Shown here: positions 7,621-18,019 of the stretch, piece after piece
Numbering within the stretch: the first letter of the stretch is position 1
Layout: each line of letters opens with the position of its first letter
Translations under genes and position numbers: made by a program
IMG/VR virus record: IMGVR_UViG_3300037133_000055
Location: 1-61,934 of that record
DNA length: 61,934 nt
Strand: one strand, 5' to 3'
Source of the DNA: a virus
Lineage: Duplodnaviria > Caudoviricetes
Notes under the pieces: model-generated
Database searches by the model: none
Told to the model about the DNA's origin: nothing
Seen by the model: the letters and a program-made list of their open reading frames with translations, nothing else

Positions 7621-9273
7621 ATGTCTCAACTCACAAAAGAGGAAATACAACAGGCTGAGATTTTGGCTGATCCGGTGCAGTGGGCATGGGTCTATCTGAA
7701 CTGGAAAGCTCGGGACTATCAAGAAGAAATCTTGCGTGATGAATACTATAGGCAGGTGTGGCGACTTGGTCGTCGTACTGGTAAGACCGAAGAGATTATT
7801 ATCAAGAGTCTGCACAAAGCTTATACCAAGAAGAGATTCCGTATCATCATTGTTACACCATACGAAAATCAGATCCGAGTTTTCTGGGATCGCTTTGATG
7901 AACTGATCGACGAATCACCAGAACTAAGGGCTTCGATCAAGAGCAAGACCCGCAATCCTTATACAATAAAATTTAAAAATGGTTCCAGGATCACAGGCTT
8001 CACTGCCGGTACCAAAGCTGGTAACGGTGGAGCTAACGTTCGTGGTCAGGGAGCTGACTGGATCTTTCTTGATGAGGCTGACTATCTGTTGCATGACGAT
8101 ATCGTAGCTGTTACCTCAATCGCCATAGAGGCGCCTGAAAGAATTCATATCTTCGTAAGTTCTACTCCTACGGGACGGCACGACTTCTTCTGGAAGATCT
8201 GTACCGACGCCAGGAGTCCATATAAAGAATACCACTTCTCTTCTAAGGTAAACCCCGAGTGGACAGATAAGGCCGACGAAGAGTTTAGGATATTACATAC
8301 AGAGATCGATTATGCTCATGAAATCCTTGCTGAGTTTGGCGAGGAAGCTGCTGGTGTATTTAGACATGAGTATCTAGAACGGGCCAGCAACCAGATCCAT
8401 TATTGTTATCAGGACCTTAACTATGCACAAGAACAGCACATAAAAAACAACGATATAACAGTAATGAGACTTGGACCATATGACGAGTACTACAAACCTC
8501 CTGCAGGCGGTCTGAGGACCATCGGTGTGGACTGGGATAAGGTCCAAGCGACACCTCAGATTGTTGTGACAGAGTACGTGAAAGAACTGAACAAGTTCCA
8601 GGTAATCTATCACGAGGATATTCCTCAATCGGAGTTCACGCTAGACAAGGCCGTGCAGACTATCATCTCTCTCAATAGTCTCTATCATCCTGACTGGATC
8701 TATTGCGACAGAGGGATGGGCGAGTATCAAGTAGAGATGTTACATGCATATGGAATACAGCATCCTGAGTCCGGTTTAGAGAACAAAGTCAAAGGTTGGG
8801 CGTTTAATCAGAATGTTGAGATAGTGGATCCCGCAACCAGAGAGCTTGTAGCCAAGCCATTAAAACACTTCATGGTTAATAACGGCGTCTGGTTATTTGA
8901 AAGAGACCGTATCTTACTATCAGCTTATGATGAGATGCTTTACTATCAGCTTATGAATTACTCTGTTGTCAGAAAATCTGTGAGTGGTGCTCCTATTTAC
9001 ACGTCACATGACGAGCATGCACTGGACGCCTTCATGCTTTCTCTGGCAGCCTTCGCTATAGAATTCCCTGAGATCACGAACACTATTCAGAATCCTGATA
9101 ATAGTGCTCATCTTCTAAATCTTCCCTCCCCTGCTAAAGCAACTGCTAAGGCGGTATTCCCCGACACCTATAGGAATAGTGGTCGTAACCGTCGTATTGA
9201 TTGCAGGACATCGACCTGGGGTACGCGTGGTGCTACTACAGGTTCCTCTCCAGTCCGCAGGAAATTTTTTTAA
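7621..9273 (+). CDS. terL: Terminase large subunit
   Basis: Walker A GRRTGKT, Walker B WIFLDEAD, coupling motif SSTP, RNase H-like nuclease residues GVDW...YCD...HALDA. Confidence 0.92.
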   Translation: MSQLTKEEIQQAEILADPVQWAWVYLNWKARDYQEEILRDEYYRQVWRLGRRTGKTEEIIIKSLHKAYTKKRFRIIIVTPYENQIRVFWDRFDELIDESPELRASIKSKTRNPYTIKFKNGSRITGFTAGTKAGNGGANVRGQGADWIFLDEADYLLHDDIVAVTSIAIEAPERIHIFVSSTPTGRHDFFWKICTDARSPYKEYHFSSKVNPEWTDKADEEFRILHTEIDYAHEILAEFGEEAAGVFRHEYLERASNQIHYCYQDLNYAQEQHIKNNDITVMRLGPYDEYYKPPAGGLRTIGVDWDKVQATPQIVVTEYVKELNKFQVIYHEDIPQSEFTLDKAVQTIISLNSLYHPDWIYCDRGMGEYQVEMLHAYGIQHPESGLENKVKGWAFNQNVEIVDPATRELVAKPLKHFMVNNGVWLFERDRILLSAYDEMLYYQLMNYSVVRKSVSGAPIYTSHDEHALDAFMLSLAAFAIEFPEITNTIQNPDNSAHLLNLPSPAKATAKAVFPDTYRNSGRNRRIDCRTSTWGTRGATTGSSPVRRKFF

Positions 9274-9314
9274 TAGGTATCGACGGACCGTTTTTGGTCT
9301 TGTTAATACAGTCG

Positions 9315-9411
9315 TGTTCCTCCTCTCTCTTGTTCGGCTGGTCGGCACACCCCCTCCTACTTGCCAGCCGAACACCTTTATTCTAGATTCTGCTAGGAGG
9401 GAACAACTATA
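9315..9411 (+). promoter_or_regulatory. Structured leader with anti-SD sequences
   Basis: 11-bp stem 9331-9341/9364-9374; loop CCCTCCTA is complementary to SD TAGGAGGG at 9394-9401. Confidence 0.6.
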
Positions 9412-10323
9412 AATCTTGATTATTCACCAAATATACAGTTCACTCTACCCCCTGCTACTGCAGGTGCCACAACCACGGCTACTACTACGGCAGCCAACGG
9501 TACAGTAACAACGACCACTTCTGGATCACAGTACTCCACTGTCATATCCCAGACTAACTCATATTCTTTGAGTAATACAATTAATCAGATAACTACTCTT
9601 CAGGCAAGTAATAACCTGTCAGGAGAATACTATAACGATGTCAACTCTGCTCTGGCTAATAGCCTGAGTATATTGAATGCGCAGTATGCTTATATAGGTA
9701 ATGACAATAGCGCATGGGCATCAGCCTTGCAGACATGGCAGACTCTCGATCAGACTGCAAGTGCTCAACAAGAATTAATACCATGGATCGCTCAGGTATA
9801 TCCTGATGAATATCCAGAATATACGGATGCAGTTATAAGTTATAACGGATTGCAACAGGACAGTGACAGCGCGCTACTTACCTTCCAGAATCTTAGTCAG
9901 ATAAACTTTTCTGTAGCTGATATGGTTAATGTACAGATGAGTTTTATTGAAGGACTAACCAACGTACTATCTGCTTCTATTATGACATCTGATGTTGATA
10001 GTTACATTACCGGTGCCTTAGCTGCATATCAACAGGCAAAGCTTGCGCCTGGTATTGCCAAGAACACATTGGTATATCGTATGACTAATGCAGCAAGACA
10101 AACAAAGCTCAGTAACTCATTACTGATTGCACAGCAGAGAATGCTCAGCCTTACTCCAACTATACGTTTGCAATTGACAAACGCAGATCAGGCAGCTGGA
10201 GTAACTACCCTTCAAGATCTCGCCGATGGTATCGACAAAGATTATTCTACGAAACTACTTGATCTATATAAGACTTACTCCATATATACGAATACTCTTG
10301 GGACATTGATTCAATCAGGCTAG
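9409..10323 (+). CDS. Hypothetical virion protein (Thr-rich N-terminus, helical); probable ATA start
   Basis: Frame is open 53 codons upstream of the track start, up to an ATA 7 nt after SD AGGAGGG. Confidence 0.75.
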   Translation: MNLDYSPNIQFTLPPATAGATTTATTTAANGTVTTTTSGSQYSTVISQTNSYSLSNTINQITTLQASNNLSGEYYNDVNSALANSLSILNAQYAYIGNDNSAWASALQTWQTLDQTASAQQELIPWIAQVYPDEYPEYTDAVISYNGLQQDSDSALLTFQNLSQINFSVADMVNVQMSFIEGLTNVLSASIMTSDVDSYITGALAAYQQAKLAPGIAKNTLVYRMTNAARQTKLSNSLLIAQQRMLSLTPTIRLQLTNADQAAGVTTLQDLADGIDKDYSTKLLDLYKTYSIYTNTLGTLIQSG

Positions 10324-10334
10324 GGGGAACTTAT

Positions 10335-11177
10335 ATCGCTAAGGTAGATATCGACCTTGAAAAGATACTAGAGGATCTTGGTATTGGGGCAAAGCAAGAT
10401 AACGGAACAATCGAAAAGAAGATCTGGTTGCACGACTATTCTGATTTGCCAAGCATGCAGCTCGTACCTCTTGCAGATTGGCATGATGGTAGCTGTGGTA
10501 CCAATCATACATTTATAAATAGTCTTGTGACCTACTGCTTAGCCAACGAGGATTGCTATGCCGTTGGCGTGGGTGATCTAGCGGAGAATGCTACAAGGAC
10601 TTCTGTTGGTGCTGGATTCTTTGAAGAGAATGTCCACATCCAGGATCAGATGGACAACCTATATGAACTGCTTGCGCCACTGGCTGCCACTGGTAGGTTA
10701 TGGGGATTAGAAGAAGGTAACCACTGCTTCCGAACAACAGCGTTACTTGGTCTACATCCAATGAAGATTGTAGCTGATAGATTAGGAGTTCCTTTCCTTG
10801 GATACACTTCCTACCATTTAGTTAAGGTTGGTATGCAGCAGTATCGTGTCTTCGTTGGACATAATGCAGGCGGTGGTGGCCGCACCATGGCTGCCAAATC
10901 CAGGGCTGCAGAAAACCCCAAGGATGTTGCTGACTGTGACATTTACATAACTGGTCATACCCATTTTCTTGGTCACCATAGAGCAACGCATTTTGAATTT
11001 GATGAAGACAATCTGGTTATGCGTGAACGTATGCGTTACTTTGTGTCATGCGGATCTGCGCTTAACTACTTTAATAGTTATGCAGAGATGTCAATCTTAC
11101 CACCGTTATCTATTGGTGCTCCACTTATGGTATTCAAAGGTGGTCCGCAATGGGGCATTCGCATCATAGATGATTGA
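10335..11177 (+). CDS. Calcineurin-like metallophosphoesterase; probable ATC start
   Basis: Motifs DWH, GDL, GNH, GH, GHTH; frame open to ATC at 10335 after SD GGGGGA. Confidence 0.85.
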   Translation: MAKVDIDLEKILEDLGIGAKQDNGTIEKKIWLHDYSDLPSMQLVPLADWHDGSCGTNHTFINSLVTYCLANEDCYAVGVGDLAENATRTSVGAGFFEENVHIQDQMDNLYELLAPLAATGRLWGLEEGNHCFRTTALLGLHPMKIVADRLGVPFLGYTSYHLVKVGMQQYRVFVGHNAGGGGRTMAAKSRAAENPKDVADCDIYITGHTHFLGHHRATHFEFDEDNLVMRERMRYFVSCGSALNYFNSYAEMSILPPLSIGAPLMVFKGGPQWGIRIIDD

Positions 11178-11196
11178 GGACTAGCGAGGTTGTTAT

Positions 11197-13191
11197 ATGA
11201 GTTGGATAGGAGACATTCTGCGCCGTAGACGGCCAATAGGCGAAGCTGTTCAAGACATTGTGCAGTTCATTGCAAAGTCTGTCAACAAGGGCAAGCCTAC
11301 TATAGTAACGACAGCACGTAATGCTTTCAGTTCAAGCTCCGTCATCAACTTCAAAGAGGTAGATGATGCCTACAAGAACGATGCTTACATAAGACGAGCT
11401 GTTGATAAATACGTTCACCTACTCTTTAAAGAAGGCTGGAACATGGTCGGCAAGAAAGACCAGGCAGTCAACTACATTAAGAGTCGTTTCGATTTGATGG
11501 CAGCTGTCACCAATGTACCTACTGATGTATTCATGGTCAACATTGCTCATGACCTTGTGGAGTTTCACAATGTATTCCTGGTCAAAGCAAGGGTCAAAGG
11601 TGGCTTTACTTATAGCGGAGTCAAGGCTCAATCTACCAATCCGAGAGGACCAGTCGGTGCATACTTCAGAGTTGTACCTGATGAGATCACTCCACAGTAT
11701 GATGAACGTGGAGATATCAAGTCTTATAGACAGAGCGTAGGTACTACGAATAGAGAATTCAAGCCTGAAGATGTTATTCACATTTACATGAACAAACTTC
11801 CCAACGAGTTCTACGCCACACCGAATGTCTCATGCATGTTAGATGATGCTAAATTACTTCGGCAGATCGAAGACAACGTGGGGATGATGATATATCGTCA
11901 CCTGTTTCCATTATTGCAATATACAGTAGGCAACGGAACCCCAGGTAGCGGTGCTTCACAACCTGAGATTGAAACACTCAGGACTGAAATCATGAACATG
12001 CCGGACGACGGCGCCTTTGTCACGACAGACCGCGTGAAGATTAATGCGATCAAGTTAAGTGTCATCAACGCCGAGGCTTACCTGAAGTACTTCGAGAACC
12101 GTGTGTTTACCGGCCTTGGAGTATCTCAGGTAGCCATGGGCCGGGGTGACACAGCATCTCGTGCAACTGCCGAGAGTATCATCTTCGATATGTATGATCA
12201 GATCAAAGCCTATCAGAAAGTTATGCTTGCCTTCGTAAACCAAGGCATGATTACCGAGTTGCTGCAAGAGGGTGGCTATCAACCCTTGACCAGCCCTGAA
12301 TATAAAGTAGAGATGCTTTTCAATGAGATCGATGTGGACTCTTTAATTAAACGCCAGAACCACGAAGTATTTAAGTTTGTTTCTAATCTGCAGACCTGGG
12401 AAGAGACCAGGAAGAGTCTGAATATGGAAGCAAGTGCTGATGAAAAACGCTTGTACTTCAACCTCGTGACAATACCTGTAGCTGCTGCAAATGCCGCTGC
12501 CTACAATGATGACTATACTGCTAATGCAGCCAACCGTACTGAGCCCAAGAACCAACACAGTCAATCAATGCATGAGATGTCTGGGCTTCAGATTAAGTTG
12601 GAGACACCGTCCTTTAGTCAGTTTGTCACTGAAGACTATCGAAGACTACAACACGATGTGTTGGGATTACTTTCTGATGGACGTACATACGACAAGAGCC
12701 AACATGAGATCAATGGCTTGACAGCTCTGACCTTTCAAATTATTACCAATAGACTTGTCAAAGAAGCCATGAGATCGTATCAGCAAGGAAGCGAACAAGC
12801 AATTGCAGATTATAATCAGGCGCCTCTAGGGACGCATGCTCTACCTACCGCCATGAGCACGCGTGTCTATCTATATATGCATAACCTACAGAACGATGTA
12901 AAGAACATGATTGAGAAGGCTGCCAGCAAAGAACAAGTAGTTAGTATCTTCGACAGTACACTCTATCGTTTACGATCTACTGTCTCTGATACAATACCTC
13001 GTGCTTACAATGTTGGTTATGCAATGGTAGCTCGCTCCCTCGGAGTAAAGACTCTTACAGCTGTATCTGCTGGCGATTCCTGTAAGGGTTGCGAGAGTCA
13101 CGATGTTAGCCTGGAAGATCTGGACATCATGTCAGTCCCTCCATGGCATCATTATTGTGGCTGTTTTCTTAAAGCCAAAGGAAGTGATTAG
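11197..13191 (+). CDS. Portal protein with a C-terminal Mu gpF-like head morphogenesis domain
   Basis: Position; portal-like FKPEDVIHI and GLGVSQVAMG; C-terminal CKGC...PPWHHYCGC. Confidence 0.8.
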   Translation: MSWIGDILRRRRPIGEAVQDIVQFIAKSVNKGKPTIVTTARNAFSSSSVINFKEVDDAYKNDAYIRRAVDKYVHLLFKEGWNMVGKKDQAVNYIKSRFDLMAAVTNVPTDVFMVNIAHDLVEFHNVFLVKARVKGGFTYSGVKAQSTNPRGPVGAYFRVVPDEITPQYDERGDIKSYRQSVGTTNREFKPEDVIHIYMNKLPNEFYATPNVSCMLDDAKLLRQIEDNVGMMIYRHLFPLLQYTVGNGTPGSGASQPEIETLRTEIMNMPDDGAFVTTDRVKINAIKLSVINAEAYLKYFENRVFTGLGVSQVAMGRGDTASRATAESIIFDMYDQIKAYQKVMLAFVNQGMITELLQEGGYQPLTSPEYKVEMLFNEIDVDSLIKRQNHEVFKFVSNLQTWEETRKSLNMEASADEKRLYFNLVTIPVAAANAAAYNDDYTANAANRTEPKNQHSQSMHEMSGLQIKLETPSFSQFVTEDYRRLQHDVLGLLSDGRTYDKSQHEINGLTALTFQIITNRLVKEAMRSYQQGSEQAIADYNQAPLGTHALPTAMSTRVYLYMHNLQNDVKNMIEKAASKEQVVSIFDSTLYRLRSTVSDTIPRAYNVGYAMVARSLGVKTLTAVSAGDSCKGCESHDVSLEDLDIMSVPPWHHYCGCFLKAKGSD

Positions 13192-13196
13192 CTGAA

Positions 13197-14564
13197 TTGA
13201 AGAAGTATCCCAGTGTACAAGTAGACCAGTTTAGATTAGAGAACCTCTTGCCGACTGGATGGCAGGTTCAGGAAGCAGATGGCAGTAAGAAGAACCTGAT
13301 CTGCGATATTGAGGCTATTCATGCCTGCACTACCGGCAATTTCAATACCTATACTACCGAAGAACTTCGTAAAGCACTGCCTACCTGGACGAGTCCTTAT
13401 CATAAACCAATCTTGACTCATCACAATACCCGCGACGGAGAGCCAATCGGCAGGATACTTGATGCCAGAATGGGCTATTCGGAACAGGCCAAGCAAGATT
13501 GCGTGGTAATAAGAGTTGAAATCTCAGACGCTGAGTCCATGCAGAAGGTTAAGGACGGCCGCTACATTACAGTCTCGATTGGAAGTAGAACATCAAAGGC
13601 TATCTGTTCTATCTGTGGACAGGACATCATAGCTGAAGGCTACTGTGACCACGAGGCCGGGGAAGTTTACAACGGTAAACAGTGCACAGTATTACTCAAA
13701 GGCATTACTCATAATGAAGCTTCTTTTGTCAATGTCCCTGCCGATAACAACGCACAGGTAGTCGGCATTGTCAGTGAAGGTTATTTGTTTGGAAGTGACA
13801 GTCTGGTCAGCTTGTCTGATCCAGGCACTAATTTGTTAGAGCACCAGGGCGGTATGCAAATAATGGAGGCTCTAGGCATCAAGGAGGTTGAACAGTTGCA
13901 CGTTTTGCAAGAAGCGCATGATACATTACACACCCAGTTCACTGCAGGACCAAGCGATGCATTGCGTGATGCCCATGCCGAGATTGTACGGCAGATGCTT
14001 GGCGCCACGATTGAACATGCGATGACAGACGCTCTCGACGAAACACTGCCAGAGGATTTGCGTCCAGTTATTGAAAATGCTCCACTTGATTTTGGTAAGT
14101 TCGCTGAACTCTTGGCTCAGTCTGGGCGCGACCTGGAAGCTGTCAATGTAAGTCTGGCTGCTGTAACTCTAGAACGAGATGCGGCTAAGACTGAGGCAGA
14201 GAAGCTGACCTTAGAGAATGAGACTCTTCAGGCCACTGTCACACAGTTAGGTGAACAGCTGGTTACGGTAGAGACGGAAGTCCGCCAGGTATTGGCCGAA
14301 CAACTGGTTGAGTTGGCATTGCCGGCACCAGAAGACCATGCTGTTGCCGTAGGAGAGTTTGTTGTAAAGTCAAAAGATGTTCTTCGGGAATTGCTGACAG
14401 AGTCTCGTAAGCAATTCAAAGAGCTGTATGTTGTTAAAGATCCTACTCTTTCTAATGAGGATCTGCCGGACACTTCTGAAGCAACGGCAACAGCTATGCG
14501 GGTAGAGGCGTTCTCTGGTTTATTTAGAGGACCATCCCGTGCAATAACAAAGGAGGTTAAATAG
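13197..14564 (+). CDS. Prohead protease/scaffold
   Basis: PILTHHN..PIGR, VSIGS, CSICG..CDH, EASFVNVPAD; C-terminal coiled coil; TTG start. Confidence 0.85.
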   Translation: MKKYPSVQVDQFRLENLLPTGWQVQEADGSKKNLICDIEAIHACTTGNFNTYTTEELRKALPTWTSPYHKPILTHHNTRDGEPIGRILDARMGYSEQAKQDCVVIRVEISDAESMQKVKDGRYITVSIGSRTSKAICSICGQDIIAEGYCDHEAGEVYNGKQCTVLLKGITHNEASFVNVPADNNAQVVGIVSEGYLFGSDSLVSLSDPGTNLLEHQGGMQIMEALGIKEVEQLHVLQEAHDTLHTQFTAGPSDALRDAHAEIVRQMLGATIEHAMTDALDETLPEDLRPVIENAPLDFGKFAELLAQSGRDLEAVNVSLAAVTLERDAAKTEAEKLTLENETLQATVTQLGEQLVTVETEVRQVLAEQLVELALPAPEDHAVAVGEFVVKSKDVLRELLTESRKQFKELYVVKDPTLSNEDLPDTSEATATAMRVEAFSGLFRGPSRAITKEVK

Positions 14565-14565
14565 T

Positions 14566-16026
14566 TTGAGCATGATCGATTATGGCGTTAGTGGACAGTC
14601 GATTTTCTCACCGGAAGGCAACGGCCTTATCGGCGGTTATCAGGCCGTCCCCTCCACGCCGCAAGATATTAAGCGGACACAGACCAGGCTAGTCCTGAGC
14701 GAAAATTGGAGAGCAGCCGAGAAGTGGTTGCTTGATCCGAGACTTCCAGATTTGTTCCAGTATCAGTTTGGCGGCCCATGGTGGGTAGTGATTCCGAAGG
14801 GCAGAATCCTCGGAGTAGCCACCAATGGTGGACCGAACAACGATGGTCTGATGAATGGCTACATTTCTCGGTTGCTGTTCAACGCATTGACCTTCGCAAA
14901 CGGCGGCGTGAGTATTACCGGCGAGACCGATAATACTAGTACCTCTACACCTCCGGGTACCTATACCCGTACAGCCAATCGTCCTGTGGGCGTGGCTGCG
15001 AACAACATCATCGAGCAGCGTCCCGATGACATGGCTGATATTCTGCCAGATGTGTTGCCTCGTGGTTCTTACATCGAGCTGCCTCTGATTGATAGCCAGG
15101 CCAATGCAGAACAGATTCAATGGGGTTCAGCATATGGAGTACTGCACGGCGGCGACTTGCTCATGTCCGATGCTTATGGACGTTTCGTTGAGTGGCAGGA
15201 ATATCCTACACTGACTCAGACTATCAACGTAACCTCTTCTGCTGGCGGCGTCGCCACAGTGAACGTTGATCAGCCGATCAAGAACTACGTACCGCTCGGT
15301 CAGACCTACCCTGTGACCGTTTCGGTAGTGAATCATGTGGCTCAGACCATCGTTTCTGGCGCTGAGATTACTGGCGTTGCTTGTGCTGCTGGCGCTGTCA
15401 CTTTGGCAGACCTTGGCACCAGCGCTAATGTAGACGTAACCGTGACCTATGTCACTGCCATTGGTCAGAACTATGACCAGGTAATTGGCCAGGTCTGTGC
15501 GATTGATCCGAACCTTCCACCCGAAGGATGGCTGCGTTGGGTTGAGTGGTCGATGCAACAGAAGATGCAGTCATGGGAATACATCTCTTGGGGCTATCGT
15601 CCTGAAGACATCTCCACCGGATATCCGTATTCTAACCGGTTCCAGGGTCGTATCCTTGGTGACTTACCTGGCCTTGGTATCCCTGGGCTGACCAATGGTT
15701 CTAACATTGAAGTAGCCTATACCAATGTCAAGGTTGGAGTTATTCCGGCCAACCTGCCTGCTGGTTCAATGTTCGATGTATACCTGCCGAACAAGCCGCT
15801 GGTAACGTCTACTCTTTCGCTTACCGTTGGAACGACTGCTATTACCGGCACTAACCTGGTCTTCACTGACCCAGTTTCCGGTTTGGTGCGATTCACTACT
15901 GCTGATCAGTCTGCAGTTGATCGCCCGATCCTGGCAAGCTATAGTGCAACAGGACAGATTCCCGGCGTGCCTACTAACATCGACTTTGTCGGTGCTGTCG
16001 GTGCAGTTCGGATAATGTTGATCTAA
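14566..16026 (+). CDS. Capsid-associated (decoration/cement) protein
   Basis: Lies between protease and capsid genes; beta-rich with Ig-like inserts. Confidence 0.6.
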   Translation: MSMIDYGVSGQSIFSPEGNGLIGGYQAVPSTPQDIKRTQTRLVLSENWRAAEKWLLDPRLPDLFQYQFGGPWWVVIPKGRILGVATNGGPNNDGLMNGYISRLLFNALTFANGGVSITGETDNTSTSTPPGTYTRTANRPVGVAANNIIEQRPDDMADILPDVLPRGSYIELPLIDSQANAEQIQWGSAYGVLHGGDLLMSDAYGRFVEWQEYPTLTQTINVTSSAGGVATVNVDQPIKNYVPLGQTYPVTVSVVNHVAQTIVSGAEITGVACAAGAVTLADLGTSANVDVTVTYVTAIGQNYDQVIGQVCAIDPNLPPEGWLRWVEWSMQQKMQSWEYISWGYRPEDISTGYPYSNRFQGRILGDLPGLGIPGLTNGSNIEVAYTNVKVGVIPANLPAGSMFDVYLPNKPLVTSTLSLTVGTTAITGTNLVFTDPVSGLVRFTTADQSAVDRPILASYSATGQIPGVPTNIDFVGAVGAVRIMLI

Positions 16027-16052
16027 CGTTACGCAAAGGAGGAAATCAAGAG

Positions 16053-17135
16053 TTGGCTTACACAATTGAAGAAAGAGCTAAGGCAATGCTCAGTCATTCT
16101 ACTGATATGAAGCCGGACGACATGGTAACAATCAAGGAAGTACTGAGCACTGCTGATGCAAGTATATTAGTACCGCAAGTAATCGTAGGTGTAATGCGTG
16201 AAGCAGCTGAGCCGATCTATATCGGCTCCAAGCTTCTGCAGCGTATCGACATCCAAGGCCCTGGCCGTATCGTGACGATTCCTGTCATGGGCGAGATTAG
16301 GGCTCATGATGTAGCAGAGGAAGGTCCGTATACCGAGGAGAGTCTGGACTTCGGACTCCAGACTGCACATGGTGCCATTAAGGTTGGCAAGACTGGTCTT
16401 AAGGTCAGCCTGACTGACGAGATGGTTGAAGAGTCACAGTGGGATGTTGTAGGCATCATGTTGCGTAAGGCTGGCCGTGCAATGGCCAGACTCAAAGAAG
16501 AGAAAATCTTTGAGATGTTTGGTCGTCAGGGACACCCCCTGTATGATAACTCTATCATCAATGAATATCCCCAGGCACAGACTACTGGCCGGGATTTCTA
16601 TGGTCAGTATAACAACACTCTTTCGACACTGGACTTTGTCGAGATGGTGCTGGCTGTAATGATGAGTGGTTTCGTTCCGACAGACGTACTCATGCCTACC
16701 TTGGCCTGGCTGGTCTTTGCGAAGAACGAATTGCTTGGGCAGCTGCCTTTCGGCGCTCTCGGCGGGACCCCGGGCCAGATTCAGATCAGCCCGAACTCTG
16801 TACAGGGTAGAGTCCCGATGCCTCTTGAAGTAAACCTTTCACCGTTTATCCGCTTCGACAGAACCAACATGCTGTACGATATGTATGTTTTGGATCGTAA
16901 CGAGGTTGGTCTGATGGTTGTAAAGGAAGACATCTCCGTTGAGAAGTGGGCAGACCTTGAACGTGACATCCAGAACATCAAGGTTAAAGAACGTTATGGA
17001 TGCGGTATGTTAAATAACGGCATGGGAGTAGCAGTTGCGAAGAACCTAGCGTTCCAACTCAGCTACGAGTTGCCTCATCGTCTTATCACCATGGATGCTG
17101 CCAACGTGTCTCCTGCACCAAGCAACGCCTGGTAA
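16053..17135 (+). CDS. Major capsid protein (HK97 fold)
   Basis: LVPQVI, E-loop-like HDVAEEGPY, KTGLKVSLTDEMVEESQWDV, KERYG; strong SD with TTG start; followed by a terminator. Confidence 0.88.
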   Translation: MAYTIEERAKAMLSHSTDMKPDDMVTIKEVLSTADASILVPQVIVGVMREAAEPIYIGSKLLQRIDIQGPGRIVTIPVMGEIRAHDVAEEGPYTEESLDFGLQTAHGAIKVGKTGLKVSLTDEMVEESQWDVVGIMLRKAGRAMARLKEEKIFEMFGRQGHPLYDNSIINEYPQAQTTGRDFYGQYNNTLSTLDFVEMVLAVMMSGFVPTDVLMPTLAWLVFAKNELLGQLPFGALGGTPGQIQISPNSVQGRVPMPLEVNLSPFIRFDRTNMLYDMYVLDRNEVGLMVVKEDISVEKWADLERDIQNIKVKERYGCGMLNNGMGVAVAKNLAFQLSYELPHRLITMDAANVSPAPSNAW

Positions 17136-17159
17136 ATCGTTTCACAGTAAAGAAGATGG

Positions 17160-17194
17160 AGGAGGGGTTAAACGCCCCTCCTATCATTCTTATT
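17160..17194 (+). terminator. Intrinsic terminator after capsid gene
   Basis: AGGAGGGG/CCCCTCCT stem then T-rich ATCATTCTTATT. Confidence 0.6.
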
Positions 17195-17210
17195 ATCCCG
17201 AGGTGCAACA

Positions 17211-17996
17211 TTGGAAGCTCCTTATGTAATGCTCACATCGCCTAATAATGGAGATACAGATATCGAGCCTACTGCTCCGATCAAGGTATGGTTTAACCAT
17301 GACCTAAATCCCGGGACAGTTACAGCAGCTACATTAATGCTGTTCGATATTACAAACAGTGTTGTTGTATCTGGAACAGTAGAGTATTCACAGAAGGTAA
17401 TGACCTTCATACCTAACCAACCACTTAGTCTATCAACTCAATACCAGATAGTTATAATTGGTGGCGACGTAGGCATCAAGGATGTTTTTGGCTCAACTAT
17501 GATGCAGAACTATCAGGTTGTGTTCTTTACAGCAGGATCGACGCTAGTGGCAACACCATTGATAACTATACCGGCTGACCGTACTTTGATTAGCCAACCT
17601 TTCACAGTTGCCTGGACTGGCAGCCAAGCTCCATACGATGTACAGATTGCACTTGATGCAGCGTTCCAGAGTATCTACTGGCCGGTATCTGGCGATGATC
17701 TATCGGTGGTGCAGGCTTCAGAAGACGGCGGAAGTTTAATACCAGGACGTACATTTGCAGACGGATTCTATTATGTCAGAGTACGCTCCGAAGGTGGGGC
17801 ATGGTCTGGTACGATTGGATTTGCCGTAAGTGCTCTTTTACCATCTACGCCAATTGGGCCTCTTAATCTTGTAGTGGCTTCACCTTCACCATTTGCGGCC
17901 AACCAGGATGTGACTCAGTTACAGCTCACGTTTGATAGACCTATCAATGCTCTCAGCGCTAACACTGGAGTTTATATAGTACAGGTACCACTTTAA
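17211..17996 (+). CDS. Ig-like (Big_5/SbsA-type) virion protein
   Basis: TSPNNGDTD..IKVWFNHDL..TFIPNQPL..TQYQI pattern; ends with half of a second such domain. Confidence 0.75.
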   Translation: MEAPYVMLTSPNNGDTDIEPTAPIKVWFNHDLNPGTVTAATLMLFDITNSVVVSGTVEYSQKVMTFIPNQPLSLSTQYQIVIIGGDVGIKDVFGSTMMQNYQVVFFTAGSTLVATPLITIPADRTLISQPFTVAWTGSQAPYDVQIALDAAFQSIYWPVSGDDLSVVQASEDGGSLIPGRTFADGFYYVRVRSEGGAWSGTIGFAVSALLPSTPIGPLNLVVASPSPFAANQDVTQLQLTFDRPINALSANTGVYIVQVPL

Positions 17997-18019
17997 ATCG
18001 ACTATGGGAGGTGTCTTAA

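Noticed and set aside
7621-9273. Intein or intron in terL
   Set aside because: Normal length, continuous motifs, no splicing or homing-endonuclease signatures.
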